Source of the DNA: Octopus bimaculoides
Taxonomy: Eukaryota
NCBI RefSeq assembly: GCF_001194135.2
Contig: NC_068984.1
Location: forward strand, 76,138,620-76,202,619
Direction: 5' to 3'
Length of the DNA stretch: 64,000 bases
Part shown: piece after piece, positions 35,626 to 48,260 of the stretch
Position numbering within the stretch: the first letter of the stretch is position 1
How the letters are laid out: each line of letters starts with the position of its first letter
Notes under the pieces: generated by a model
The model's input: only the letters and a program-made list of their open reading frames with translations
Databases searched by the model: none
Told to the model about the DNA's origin: nothing
Program-made: the position numbers and the translations under genes

Positions 35626-36249
35626 TTAGGTTACAAAGTTTCTTTAAAATACTTTTTCCCTTTCCTTTTTTTTTTTTTCGCATCTCTTTAGTTTAGTGTA
35701 CTTTGATATTGTATTATTAGAAACATTTCTACATTCTAAGTTTTGTTACCATTCTCTGTTTGCTTTTTACTGGTTTGGGTTATTGAACTTTAAGCCATGA
35801 TGGACAAAAAACTAATTAACTTTGATATAGAGCCACATAACTTAGATGACACGTAACACAGCAAAATGTTTTCTTTTTCTCTTTGCACTGCATTAGTTTA
35901 GTTCACTTCATACTAATATGCATCCAATAAGCTTCTGCACAGTTTCCATCTACTAAAGTATCAATTTTCATTCACAAAGTTTTGCTTGAGCAGTGGCTAT
36001 AGTAGAAGACACTTGCTCAAATTCAAGTTGCATTGCAGTGGGATTCATCCCTGAAATACCTGGTTATGAAACATACTTAGCCCCATGGCTGTGTTTGCAC
36101 CCATATGTAGATAAAATGAGTCTGCAACTTTTCTATTTTGTATTGAGTAGTCAACAAACAAGAGTAAAAGCTATGGCTCCTTGGTTGAATGCTGGCAATA
36201 TACTGTAGAGAAACAAATGTGAATTTCTAAAATGAGCAGAAACCACCAG

Positions 36250-36360
36250 AAAACTTTTTAACAACCCAAATGACAACTGAAAAACTAAAAGAAAGAAGAA
36301 GCTGGGGAAAACAGAGGGAGTAGATACTTGATGTCCTTATAGCTGGCTATGGGAAGGTCC
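36250..36360 (+). mobile_element. Old RTE ORF2 C-terminal remnant
   Basis: TTEKLKERRSWGKQRE*ILDVL resembles TGKIEGKRSRGRQREKILD. Confidence 0.4.
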
Positions 36361-37459
36361 GTAATTTCATAATCTCAAGAGGGTCCATAATCTCAATGCC
36401 TGTAAGTATGACAAAAGAAACTAGGTAGCCAGGAGAAGCATCTCTGAAATATAAGTTCATTGAAAAAAGAGAGGCAGTGGGAGGTTACTCTGATCTTTGA
36501 TATTCATTGTGGTACCTCCAAACAAGTTTCAATTTTATTAGGCCTCCTTAGCTAAACATAATCATACTCAACAGACTGAGAGAATATGCAGGTTTTGAAA
36601 GATAAAAGAAAAATTGTGATTAGGCAATCTAAAATAGACATGGAAAGATACTGTATATATATATAATGGTATCTTGTGCAGGAAGAACATATAGTTACTA
36701 TAGTTGCTTGGTTTCTAACATTGATACAAGTCTACATATTTTGAAGTGGGATATATTCAATTAAATTGGCTCTGATTAAATTGACTGGTGCTTTATTTTA
36801 ATGTCTCTTTTCCTGGAAGATGAAAGCCAAAGATGGTTTTAAAGTGATTTGAACTCAAAATGTAAACAACCAATAGTAAATAACATAGGACATTTTGTGT
36901 GACACATTAATAATTCTACCATATAAATACTGATATAAGATACAGCTTCAAGTGTAAATTCATTTTGAAATTAGAACTTAACACTTCAAATTACCAAACC
37001 ACTTACACTTGAATTTGTTTGCCAGGCACCACAAAAGATTGCTACTAATAAGATGTGACTTGTCATTCGTTCAGCCAGTAGACTAATACTCTGTTAGAAA
37101 TTGCATCTGAACTTCAAATTACACCTTTCTGTTTAAAAGAAACAGGATGCATTGGCTAATGATGTCTTAGATATACAAAAATAGTGGGATGTTTATCTCT
37201 CTGGGGTCTTTCATCTTAGGTCCACTTGATCAGAAATGACTAAGGCTAAATAACATAAACATTCACCAATGAGGAGCCAAAGAAGCCTCTATGGACATGC
37301 TAGAAGTAGCAATTAAATCTCTTGTTAAAACCACATCCTATAATCTTTTCGAAAAGGAAGGACATTTAGATAATGTAATCCAAAATGCACAATCCCTTAA
37401 AAAGCCAAGCTGGAATGTCTTTGGTTACAAGTCTGTACAATCTAAGTTAAACGACTGTA

Positions 37460-37660
37460 ACTGCTTCATCATTATCATCATCATCATCTGCCTTCCATGC
37501 TGGTATGAGTTGGATGGCTTGACAGGGACTGCACCTGATTCCATAATCTGTTTTGGTTTGGTTTCTACAGCTGGATGCCCTTCCTAATGCCAACCACATT
37601 ACTGAGTATACTGGGTGCTTTTTACCTGGCACCAGCACCCACATCAATGCTTTTTATGTA
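37460..37660 (-). mobile_element. RTE LINE 3'-UTR fragment
   Basis: (ATC)n tail and TTTCTACAGCTGGATGCCCTTCCTAATGCCAACCAC. Confidence 0.75.
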
Positions 37661-38754
37661 GCACCTTGGTTTTAGAATATCAATTCTGTTGTAGTATGTG
37701 AAATTACTTATTGATGATATTGCTTCTCCACAAATCAGTGAAGGAATGTCTCTGTGGTCACTCGAACTGCATGATATAGCAGCCACATCTTTTACAAATC
37801 ATCCCTTACTTGGGTTAAAGAAGTGCTCACAATACATTTTAAAAACAACTCATGAGATGGTCACAGTTTGAATACCTTTGATCAATCAGTTCTGACCTGG
37901 ACCTAATCAGCTACAACAACAACAACCTTTCAACTATGAAATCTATTATGAATGTAAATGATCAATTAGAAGATAATAAAATCAATATGAATGTATTTTC
38001 CTTATATCTGTTTTTTTTTTTGTTTTTGTCTTTTTGTTTTCAGGCAACATAATAATATATAGACATCATAACCCTCTTAAAGCTTGCCCATATACACATC
38101 TTTATTTCATTAATCAAACAAATATAAATAAAACTAAAATAATCAAGAAGATTAAATAAAATCCTATCCTAATTTATCGCATGAGTTATCTTGTTGATAT
38201 TTTTCTATCCCTTTGTTATAGTGATTAGCATTTGATTCGACTGGGAGTTGATAAAAAAAAAGTACCAATAATATACTGAGATGAGCAAATTGATTTCAAC
38301 TAGTTTTACTTGAGGGAGAGAGGTGAGGGTGAGATAAACAAATAAGTTATTTACTTAATTCCAACTTATCACTTTAACTAGAGCCAATTTTCTTTTTTTT
38401 CTTCTTTCTTTTTCTCCTCTTTCCTCAAAAAATTCATCATGTTACATTTTCAGTTATGTATTATTTTTATTTATTTATCTATTTGTTTTTTTTTCCTTTT
38501 CTTATTTCTTGCCAAAATTTCAACTAAATCTATGCAGTGGTAAAATAAAATCTAAAAAAAAAAAAAATGAAAAAATGAAAAAAAATGTAAATCAGGAGAT
38601 ATTCAGGTCATACTGCTAAGAATACAATTGTTCATCAGTAATGGTGTAATGTGCCTTGATCAAGTAGGTCTACCTTATATCTATTATACTGTTGTTATAT
38701 TACTTTTACACCCACCTTATTTTCATATATTCATTTCCTCTCTTATTTTTTAAA

Positions 38755-38955
38755 ATTACTTAAGCCCTTGGCTCCCTTTGGAGCATAGGTCATTGGAGAC
38801 TTTTTCACTGTTCTTGATTCTAGGCTGTTCTTCTGGGAAGATGTGGTCTATATTAGTCTGGCGTCTATCCTTGGGAGGCCCGACCGGGAGCTTGTGCTCT
38901 GTCGGTATAGCTCTCACAGTCGTTGACGCATACAAACCCCAACACCACAACAAAG
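38755..38955 (-). mobile_element. ~200-bp bipartite RTE-derived element (5' leader joined to a 3' tail)
   Basis: Minus strand starts CTTTGTTGTGGTGTTGGGGTTTGTATGCGTCAACGACTGTGAGAGCTATACCG (Expander/Rex3-like leader, from memory) and ends GACCTATGCTCCAAAGGGAGCCAAGGGCTTAAGTAA (RTE 3' stem-loop; ORF end NDLCSKGSQGLK*). Confidence 0.6.
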
Positions 38956-39149
38956 ATTCACCTTATGGTGAAGTCTGTGGCAATGCTGTGACACCAGCTC
39001 TTGAAGATAATAAGTCAATCACATCAGTTCCAGTACTCTCTTCCTCATGTCTACTTCATAATTTTCACCATCCTTTTGTCTGCTCTGTCTACTTGCTTAC
39101 CTGCTAAACAAGACACCAAACTCTACCAGTATATATCAGTTGTTATGCC

Positions 39150-39571
39150 AGTGGTAACTTAGGCTTGCTAGATTTGGGAAAGTCCTACAGAATCTAGAGT
39201 ACTGTAGTTATTTTCTATAGCTGTTGCTTTAGAACCACTTTTAAAATCTCATGAGGCGACCACATTACAAATGAAGAAATTGTGGAAAGAGTTAGACTGA
39301 GTAACCTACTCAATACCATCACAGTTAAACAGATGAAGATGTTGGGTCATGTGCTACTCATGCCCATGAAGAGACCATTTAGTGCCTCTCTTATGTGGAA
39401 CCTAGAGAGGTGGGAGTGTACAGGGCAAGACAAACTTGCCAAGACAGGTTTGTAGATTGTGGAAGAGGGCCTAGTAGATATGAACTTGGTATAAGAGAGA
39501 GCTCATGTCAAGACATGCATCTGTTCTGAATGGAGATCTTTAATCACTCGATCCATGAGGAGCAGAAGGAA
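39150..39571 (+). mobile_element. Decayed RTE LINE ORF2 C-terminus and tail
   Basis: KIS*GDHITNEEIVERVRLSNLLNTITVKQMKMLGHVLLMP..LMWNLE matches the RTE pattern KISWRDHITNEEIL..RQLRWLGHV.RM; tail CGATCCATGAGGAGCAGAAGGAACCAAACTAAG. Confidence 0.8.
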
Positions 39572-39807
39572 CCAAACTAAGTTTCAGGTCAGCTCTGATC
39601 AACCAGCTTTATGATGGAAGTTATTCCGGCATAACTATCTTAACTTTATTTCTCCAAAATGTATTTGCATCTTCATTATCTAAAGTGTCAGTCCTTCTTT
39701 TGAGATAGCAGGGTGTAATCTAAAGCAAAATTGTCTGCTACTTCTAGCATTTCTTTATTGAATGTGGAGGGGGAATGTACAATTGATTGGATTGCTTTCA
39801 ACATGTG

Positions 39808-39812
<5 letters not shown>

Positions 39813-39880
<68 letters not shown>
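39813..39880. repeat. Compound (TA)n(GA)n microsatellite
   Basis: Read directly. Confidence 0.95.
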
Positions 39881-39886
<6 letters not shown>

Positions 39887-39940
39887 CAGGATTTGAACTT
39901 AAAACACAACACAGAACAGGTTTAAATACTCTCAGACCTT

Positions 39941-40194
39941 TAGTAGTTTTCAACTGGGGTTCAAATGACCTTGGGTGGGGTCCATATACGATTTTGTCAT
40001 TAAAATTAATGTGCAATAAATTAGTTATACTTCTACAATTCACGAATTATTAAAATTTTTTTATACAATTCCTTATGATATTTAATTGTAAATATATTAT
40101 AGGATTTTTTAAACATCAAATGACCAGGAGGGTCGATCCAAATAAATAGAAATCAAAGGGGTCCATAGGTAAAAAAAATGGTTGAGAATCACTG
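39941..40194. mobile_element. hAT/Charlie-like MITE
   Basis: Imperfect TIRs TAGTAGTTTTCAAC / GTTGAGAATCACTG; no clean TSD. Confidence 0.55.
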
Positions 40195-40996
40195 GTCTAG
40201 TGGTTGTTCTACCATTTCATCTACTCCACCGCACAAATGACTACAAGGAAATCTCTCTCACTCGCTTTCTCTCATCTGTTTTGTATCTTTCTCATATATT
40301 TATTCTTTCTCATCTCATTCTTTACTCTCTCTTAGTTCCTTTCCTCTCATCTATATCTCTCACTTTCACGCACACACACATTATTTCTCACTCTCTCATG
40401 TACATACAAACACATACCCCACCGTTTCTCTCTCTCTCGCATATAAGTCTCTACTCTTTCATCTATCTCACTCACATAATCTTTCTTCTGTCACAAACTT
40501 TCCTCCCCCCCTCTCTCTCTTCTATCTTTTTTTTCTCCTTCCCTCCGTAAGCTTGATTCCAGATCAGATAGATCAAGAGTTCAATATTGAATTTATATAT
40601 AAAGATAATGTAAAGTAATTAAATCAGACCCAATATATTCTGTATATATTGACTTGCTACTAATATTGGATATTTGATTTTCTAACAAATGATAAATACA
40701 TCCCCTCACAGATAATTGTTGAACTAATGCTAATTAAGCGCAGCGTTAGTACTAATAAAGTTAAGAGTGGTGATGGCTGTTGCTGTGAAGGGAGGAAGTT
40801 GAATGGCACAGAAAATAGACTGACAGAGTTCAAATTTTGTCCTGAGATAGAGTTGATATTCATTTCTCAAGGGGTAAGATTATAAAGTACAAAAATTAAT
40901 AACTGCAGTTTACTGGGGTTAAGAAAGTCAGCTTATACTTTCTTACAACAATTTATTTAAAAGAATTTAATGTTCAACTTTTTAAAAATAAATTTT

Positions 40997-41252
40997 AGGC
41001 ATGGCTGTGGGGTTAAGAAGCTGACTTTGGGATCAGTCCCTTGTGGAGCATATTGGGCAAGTGTCTTCTACTTAGCGCTGGGCCAACCAATGCCTTGTGA
41101 GTGAATCTGGTAGATGGAAACTGTGTCGAAGTCCATCACATATATGTGTATGTGTGTTTCTGTGAGTCCCTCCCCACCTGCTTGACAAGTGGTGTGGGTT
41201 TGTTTATGGTCTTGTAACTTACCAATTCAGAGATTGATAAAATAAGTACTTA
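40997..41252 (+). mobile_element. SINE family B, 3'-truncated at the Gypsy fragment
   Basis: AGGCATGGCTGTGG..GATCAGTCCC..GGGCAAGTGTCTTCTAC..GGTAGATGGAAACTG. Confidence 0.8.
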
Positions 41253-41264
41253 GGTTGATTTATT

Positions 41265-42187
41265 TACACAAATTGCTTGCCAGGTATGGTATTCCAGATA
41301 CCATTGTATCAGATAATGAAACTCAATTTGTGTCGGAACAAGTTCAGAAAATTTTGCAAAATGTTTGTTATTGAACATGTCACCATTCTGTCCTAGGTTT
41401 TGTTGACACTTTGAAGAGGGTGTTAAAAAAGGCAAACAATGAAGTTAAGGACGATTTTGCACTTCAACAATTTCTAAGAGTGTACCAAGTAACACCAAAT
41501 CCAAATACACCTTCAGGAATGTCACCTGCAGAATTGATCTTTGCTAGAAAGGTTAGATCTGTTTTTGATAACCTGATACAGAGTGAAAATTTAAAAAAAA
41601 AGCGAACACCAAAAATACTTCAAAATTCTTTTAAGTTAGGTGACAATTTTTTTTTTTTTTCTTAATCTCTAGATATAGTAAAGAAAGCTGGGAGGATGGT
41701 GTAATAATTAAACAAATTGGAAGAATGATATTCCTGGTAAAAGGGAAAAATGTCGAATACAAAAGACATTAACCAGCTTAAAAGATTCACAGAAAAAACG
41801 GTCATGAGAAATGAAATCCCTTTTGGGGATTCTTGGATGGTATATACTCCATCTTGAAATCATGTTTGAGGTACCAACACCCAAACAATTTGAAACTGCA
41901 TGTTTTAGCACCAGAAAATGGAAAAGAACAGAAACACTGGAAATGAACTCTAAATGTAAAAGAGATTAAAACTCGGAGCAGAGTTCAATTCTTAAAAGGG
42001 GAGAAGATAGGGGAGACTGTTTCTAAAAAGGGAGATGTTGTGGAAGGATTCTGACCACCCCCACCCAAGTGACTAAAGGTAGACTGACTCATTGTTATAA
42101 AACAAAGAACTGTCAGCGATTGGCAGTTCACTGTGTGCCTTTGATATAGAGTGTTGAGTCTCGTGTAATAGTAATAATAGTGTGTCA
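41265..42187 (+). mobile_element. Ty3/Gypsy LTR retrotransposon remnant: integrase C-terminal half, PPT and probable 3' LTR
   Basis: LLARYGIPDTIVSDNETQF, FCKMFVIEHVT, FVDTLKRVLKK, YQVTPNPNTPSGMSPAELIFARKVRSVFD; PPT AAAAAGGGAGA at 42025-42035 followed by TGTTG at 42036; LTR end is uncertain. Confidence 0.85.
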
Positions 42188-43134
42188 TGTATATACTTTC
42201 TTCCCTTCTGCTTCATTATATTATATGTCAGATACAAGGATATAAAAGTAACTTTCTACTTTTTTAAGCAGAACAGATTCTGCTTGCGATATCTTAGCTG
42301 TAGGTTGGTGGGGAAACCCAAACAGCATACTGCTATAGCCTGCAGGAGTTCTATGAAACTAAAGATTAATTTGTTAGCTTGTAGTGATTAGTTGAAGATC
42401 CTACCATGAACCAAACCTGTAAATAAGTAAATTGATGTTCTCTCCAAGCAATGGGATGAGCTCTTTCAACTGTTTAACATCTTGAAAGTAAGTTCCAACG
42501 AATTACATTAACTCGTTGTTGTTGTTATTGTTGTTAAGCTGCAAATCAACCTTGATTGAGCAGATGTCTGGCATATACATAATTGAACCAGATTCACTTT
42601 GAGTAAAAAGTGGTGGCTTTTAACAAAACACCAGCTAAGCTTGGTGCAGTGGGGTCAGGATATGTAATTTCCTTTTACTCAAGATGCTAAATAGAGAAGA
42701 AATGAATATACACTTTAATGATTTAGTACTTATTCCTAACAGTGAAGTGAAGTAGTGCATATGGAATTAAGTGAACTGCCCAAATATGCAACAAAATACT
42801 TGCAAACATTAGCCTCTTTCTTCAATTAAATCAAAATCAATTACAAATTTATACTTCGCTCCATCCTCCAGATCCTCTGCCTGTATCATCTCTTGCTTCT
42901 TGAGAGTTTTGCTCTGGTACATCCATTACTACCATCTTATCTTTTTCCCGGATATTCCCATCTGCTTTTATATAATGTGGGGTAGAGAGATTCTCTATAG
43001 CAAGATACTTCTGCTTGTCCCTGGTATAAAGCCACTCCCCTCTTCCCTCTCAGATACTTCCCCATTTAGTGAAAAAAAATTTTTGTGTTTTTCCCTTTTC
43101 TTGTTCTTTCCTGTCTTGCACATTACTTGGTAAC

Positions 43135-43300
43135 CTCACTAGTGATCATGGCACAAAATAAAAAAGCATCCAGTACATACTACTGGGCAGAGGTTGGTGT
43201 TAGGAGAGGCAGCCAAAACTAACTTAGAGCATGTTGTTGTCCTGTAGCTCATCAAACCGTCCACCCCATGACAGCATGGAAGATGGACATTAAATGATGA
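43135..43300 (+). mobile_element. RTE LINE 3'-UTR fragment
   Basis: AAAAAGCATCCAGTAC..GTTGGTGTTAGG..CAGCATGGAAGATGGACATTAAATGATGATGAT. Confidence 0.7.
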
Positions 43301-44619
43301 TGATTCTACTGTTTCAATTGAGTTCACTCCTGTCAGTTAATATCTTGAGAGTAGTTTTTAAAATTTCTTCAAAATAATAACTAATAATTCACAACTTAAA
43401 ATGGGAAAGATTTACAGATAATTTGGGAGAGAGAGTAAAAGACTTCCTTTTAAGAGTTGAAAAGGACAAGAAAGAAAGAGAGGTCATTTTGACTGAGCAA
43501 AAACATTTTAAAATATGAGTTGACTTGTTTGCAAAGAAAGCTCTTTCATGCTTGCTCCTGCAGAACTTCGTGCCTGACCTTTTGAAAAGAAAATATAAAT
43601 AAGTTGACTGTATAAAATTGTTTTAGATCCACCTTTATTTGTATGGACATTTTAATTACCATGAAGTTTATTCCCCACCCCACCCCATCTCCACTAGTAT
43701 TAGTATTTTCCATTGGAGAGAGAGATTCTTCTGCAATGAAGATCAAAAGTATCGTGTTAGAGTGCTAGTTAAATCTGTCATTGTGTTTGTTTTGTTGTTG
43801 CTTTCTTTCATTTATATTTTGATTTATGCTTTGCCTTGTAGTTAATTTATTCACTATGATCACTATGTATGTATGTGTGTCTGTGCATATGTATGCTTGT
43901 GTCTATATGTCCATTCATTCTGTTTATTTTTCATGTTTGTGTGTGTATGTGCGTGTTTATAATACACACACACACAATCATATTTGTTTGATGCACAGAA
44001 CACTTAAAGAGAGTGAGCGTGGGGGGAAATACTTCAAAAAACATAAGATTTAGCTTTTACATATCATTGACTCAATAAAACGGATGCCTGAACATGTGGA
44101 AAATGGTAAAATAGACATTAAATACTTTGTTATGGTGATAGGATATATTTAACTGCTTGTACTTGGCCTATAATGTATTTTTATCTTCTTGACTACATTT
44201 GCAAGTATAATTATAATAATTTGAAAGAATGCTATGAGCTTAAATGTGCGTGTGTGTGTNNNNNNNNNNNGGGGGGGGGGGGGTACAGGCATGTTTGAAT
44301 GAATGGTGAAACAGTTTGCTCTGCAATCATAGCTTGCAAGTTCTATGAAATTGTGTTGTCACTTTGGACAAGGTTTTTCTGCTTGAGTTTCAAGTAGACT
44401 CGAGTTTTGAAAGTGAAATTGGTTAGACAGAAAATGTGTAGAAGCTTATTGGATGGACTGTGCCTGTTACTCAAAAGACCTGTTTTGTCCCAAAAATTGT
44501 CAAGCTAAGCCTGTCTGAGAATTATATCTAAAAGATGTCTATGGAATACTTAGCCACTGATACAATAATTCTTTCTAATTTTGACACAAAGCTAGCAATT
44601 TTGAGGAGAGGGAGAATTT

Positions 44620-44760
44620 GATTACATTGACCCCAGTTTTTGACTGGTGCTTATTTTATCAACCCTGAAAGAAAGAAATGAAAAATCAGTCTCTGTAGCA
44701 TTTGAACTCGGAATGTAAAGTGCCAGAGAAAGTGCTAATGATTTTGTCTGCTTACTTCCT
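44620..44760 (-). mobile_element. SINE family A, degraded
   Basis: CATTGACCCCAG..CTGGTGCTTATTTTATCAACCC..TTTGAACTCGGAATGTAAAG. Confidence 0.65.
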
Positions 44761-44873
44761 TTTCTTCTTACAAAATACAATGCGACAATAGTTACTTTAA
44801 TGCAGAGATTAGGGAGGCCATTCACTCAATATAGGACTCAAAGCATTTACCTGTAGAGTAGAATATTTATTAA

Positions 44874-45071
44874 CTCTTTAACATTCAAATGTAAGGCTTA
44901 TTCATCCACATTGTTAATCAAATTATCTTATAACTCCAAGATTTGGATGTTGTGAGTGTTTATTTTTAGAATGACATAGTAGGGTAGGTATGAGAGGCCA
45001 GAACTGGCCAATTTGAACATAAAGCAGGTAGAATATTTTGGCCAGATATGGCCAGTTTAAATGCTAAAGGG
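44874..45071. mobile_element. piggyBac-type MITE
   Basis: TTAA|CTCTTTAACATT ... AATGCTAAAGGG|TTAA; TTAA TSD at 44870-44873 and 45072-45075. Confidence 0.8.
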
Positions 45072-45204
45072 TTAAATACATGGTAGCTGATAATTGTAAA
45101 AAGTTACAAAACCTAACGATGAGAAATAGTTTGACCATGATTTAGTAGTAGCCATGATAGAGCAAAATCCTTGTAACATGCATTTGAGAGCTCTTATCTT
45201 ACAC

Positions 45205-45244
45205 CTGATGAAGCACTCATGCATGTCTGTTGCTGAAACATGTT
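45205..45244 (+). ncRNA. Minimal hammerhead ribozyme core (Penelope-type), stem I not evident
   Basis: CTGATGA-AGCA-(loop)-TGCT-GAAAC-AT-GTT; palindromic stem III ACATGT. Confidence 0.45.
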
Positions 45245-45411
45245 CAACTATAATTATAAAGAATGCTCTTCTATAATGGTATATATGAATATAAACTCAA
45301 CAACTTAAAGCTGGTATGCAGTGCAGATACAAATGTTGTATTATACTTTTAAAGCCTGAAATCCTCCATCTTCATGTAATATTATTCTTGTGTGTGTGTA
45401 TGTATATATAT

Positions 45412-45998
45412 CTCCGCTGGATGTGTAATGTCAATGTGAATACCCGTCAGAGTGTAAGTATCTTGAGAGAAAAGCTGAACATTAGAAGCATCAGTTGTGG
45501 TGTGCAAGAGAGATGATTGTGCTGGTATGGACATGTGGTGAGAATGGATGAGGATAGCTGCGTGAAAAAGTGCCACACCCTAACAGTTGAGGGAACCCGT
45601 GGAAGAGGTAGGCCCAGGAAGACCTGGGCTGAGGTGGTGAGGCAAGACCTTCGTACATTGGGCCTCACCGAGGCGATGACTACTGACCGAGACCTTTGGA
45701 AATGTGCTGTGCGTGAGNNNNNNNNNNNNNNNNNNNNNNNNNNNNNNNNNNNNNNNNNNNNNNNNNNNNNNNNNNNNNNNNNNNNNNNNNNNNNNNNNNN
45801 NNNNNNNNNNNNNNNNNNNNNNNNNNNNNNNNNNNNNNNNNNNNNNNNNNNNNNNNNNNNNNNNNNNNNNNNNNNNNNNNNNNNNNNNNNNNNNNNNNNN
45901 NNNNNNNNNNNNNNNNNNNNNNNNNNNNNNNNNNNNNNNNNNNNNNNNNNNNNNNNNNNNNNNNNNNNNNNNNNNNNNNNNNGATGATGATGATGATG
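45412..45998 (+). mobile_element. Young 5'-truncated RTE LINE (ORF2 C-terminus; 3'UTR lies in the gap; (GAT)n tail)
   Basis: LRWMCNV..LREKLNIRSISCGVQER*LCWYGHVVRMDEDSCVKKC..VEGTRGRGRPRKTWAEVV..DLRTLGLTEAMTTDRDLW; (GAT)n resumes after the gap at 45983. Confidence 0.9.
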
Positions 45999-46013
45999 TA
46001 TATATATATATAT

Positions 46014-46015
<2 letters not shown>

Positions 46016-46064
<49 letters not shown>

Positions 46065-46288
46065 GTTTAACGTCCGCTTTCCATGCTAGCATGGGTTGGA
46101 CGATTTGACTGAGGACTGGTGAAACCGGATGGCAACACCAGGCTCCAATCTAATTTGGCAGAGTTTCTACAGCTGGATGCCCTTCCTAACGCCAACCACT
46201 CAGAGAGTGTAGTGGGTGCTTTTACGTGTCACCCGCACGAAAACGGCCACGCTCGAAATGGTGTCTTTTATGTGCCACCCGCACAAGC
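46016..46288 (-). mobile_element. Young RTE 3' end, inverted (tail-to-tail) relative to 45412-45998
   Basis: (ATC)n then GTTTAACGTCCGCTTTCCATGCTAGCATGGGTTGGACGATTTGACTGAGG; near reverse complement of 59090-59264. Confidence 0.9.
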
Positions 46289-47829
46289 CAGTATATATAT
46301 ATTCTGTTGAATATTTTGTTGTTAAGCCTCAAGTTAGGCCAGGTAGAACAGATTTTTTATCTAAGTCATTCCAGCTTTAATCATTCTATCTGTTATTTTG
46401 AAATATAGTATATTTAAGACTACAATATCTAGTGTATGTATCTTTAAAAAGTTGGGTGACTATACAATAAGGACTCCATTGTTGTTAATTTGTAAGTTGG
46501 TTGTTTTATTATCATTATTATTATTATTATTTTGTTGTTGTTTTCATTGTCATTGGTGGCAATGATGCCGCCACCACCTCCATCGTCATCGTCTACTTGT
46601 GTCTTGTGCCTCACAACAACACTATATTCTATTTGTAACTTCATTGGCTCTTTCTTTGAATGATGGTGCAGCAAGTGTTAAATACAAATAACAAATTGCT
46701 GGAAATGAATAAATAAATGACAGTATGTATGTTCTTGAATACAAGAAGTAAGCTTGTTGGCAATCTCAGTTATTGAGAGATTTTATTATTTTGTCATGCC
46801 AGCTGCATGTTTACTAACACCACAACGGTAACAGTTCTATCGTAAGGTGTCAAAACTGCTACAATCCTTAGCAAGATAGCTGATGAGCTAAATTTTCATT
46901 TGTTCTGTTTCTGGTATGTAATCTTGTTCATTCTTTACATTCATGATTGCCATCACACAGCCAAATTTTGTCACACATTGGGTTTCATATGGGTGTGTGT
47001 GAGGATGCTCATATGCACTATATATGGCTTTGTATAGGTATGTATATGATTATATATATTTGTGCATGTATATATGCTCATGTTTGTATATAGAGGCATA
47101 TTTAGATGCAGATATATACATGTGCATGTGTGTGCACAACCATATGTTGGATGAGCTTTGACATGATTTCATGATTTTATTCTTCTAAATTTCACTCAGT
47201 TGGTTTGATCAACTCAAGGCTTTAATAGATTTTTAAATAAGGTGCCACATGGAAAGATTGAACCTTGAACCACATAGTTTCAAATCAAACTTATTAACCA
47301 CACAACCATACTTGCGCCCATGCTATATATTGGACTGGTTCGAGCCTGTGTTTCTGTTTTACATGTAGAATGAAGAGAAACATGATTGATTGCATATCTT
47401 CATGAATATTTGAAAAGCCTAATATTTTACAGTAAATTGTGAAGAGTTGCCTGTCAATAGATCTCACACTAAGTCTCTCTGGCTTTTATCATATTGTCAG
47501 CTCCTGTTAGACAACTATCAGCCACTGTAAATAGTGTCTTGTTATTTTCTGTACGCATAGCTAACTGCATTGCACAACAATAAAGAAGTCTATACATAAT
47601 TACTCAACTTGCTAAAAATAGCCAATAAATCTCCTTCAGACCATACACTACCATCTGTCTTACATATTGCAGTTCTTTGTAGATATTCTTTGTAGATATG
47701 CCGCATAATCCCACTTCGAATATTTTCAATCAAGGCTGGCCTGGAGTTAAAGAACATCGACAATCCAATGAAAGAGCATCTGTGTGGTCATTCAGCCTAT
47801 GAGAAAAAACAACCAAATCTCTCTGAAAT

Positions 47830-48260
47830 CACATCTTCATCATTGTCATCCTCTACTGTCCGCTTTCCATGCTGACATGGGTTGGATGTTTTGACTAGAG
47901 CTGGCAAGCAGGAAAGCTGCACTAGGTTCCAGTCTGATTTGGCTTGGTTTCTATGGATAGATGCCCTTTCTAACACCAACCACTTTACAGAGTGTGCTGA
48001 GTGCTTTTTATGTGACTCTGGCACTGGTGCTTTTTATATGGTGCCAGCACATAGCTCTTGCAGGTCAATCCTCTTCAGCAGGGGGAGCAGGATTAACACT
48101 TCTGTGGTGGAGGATGATCTTCTTGAGTACAGCAAGGTACCAGATATCTTGGTCTTTTGGTTCAGTGTCCTGAGATTGTTCTTCAATACTTCATCCCATA
48201 TCTTCCTGGTTTTCCCTCTTCTGTGAGCTCCATCCACTTTGAGTGATCAACACTTTTTTT
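47830..48260 (-). mobile_element. RTE 3' fragment with ORF remnant
   Basis: RRGKTRKIWDEVLKNNLRTL followed by the family 3'UTR and tail. Confidence 0.8.
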
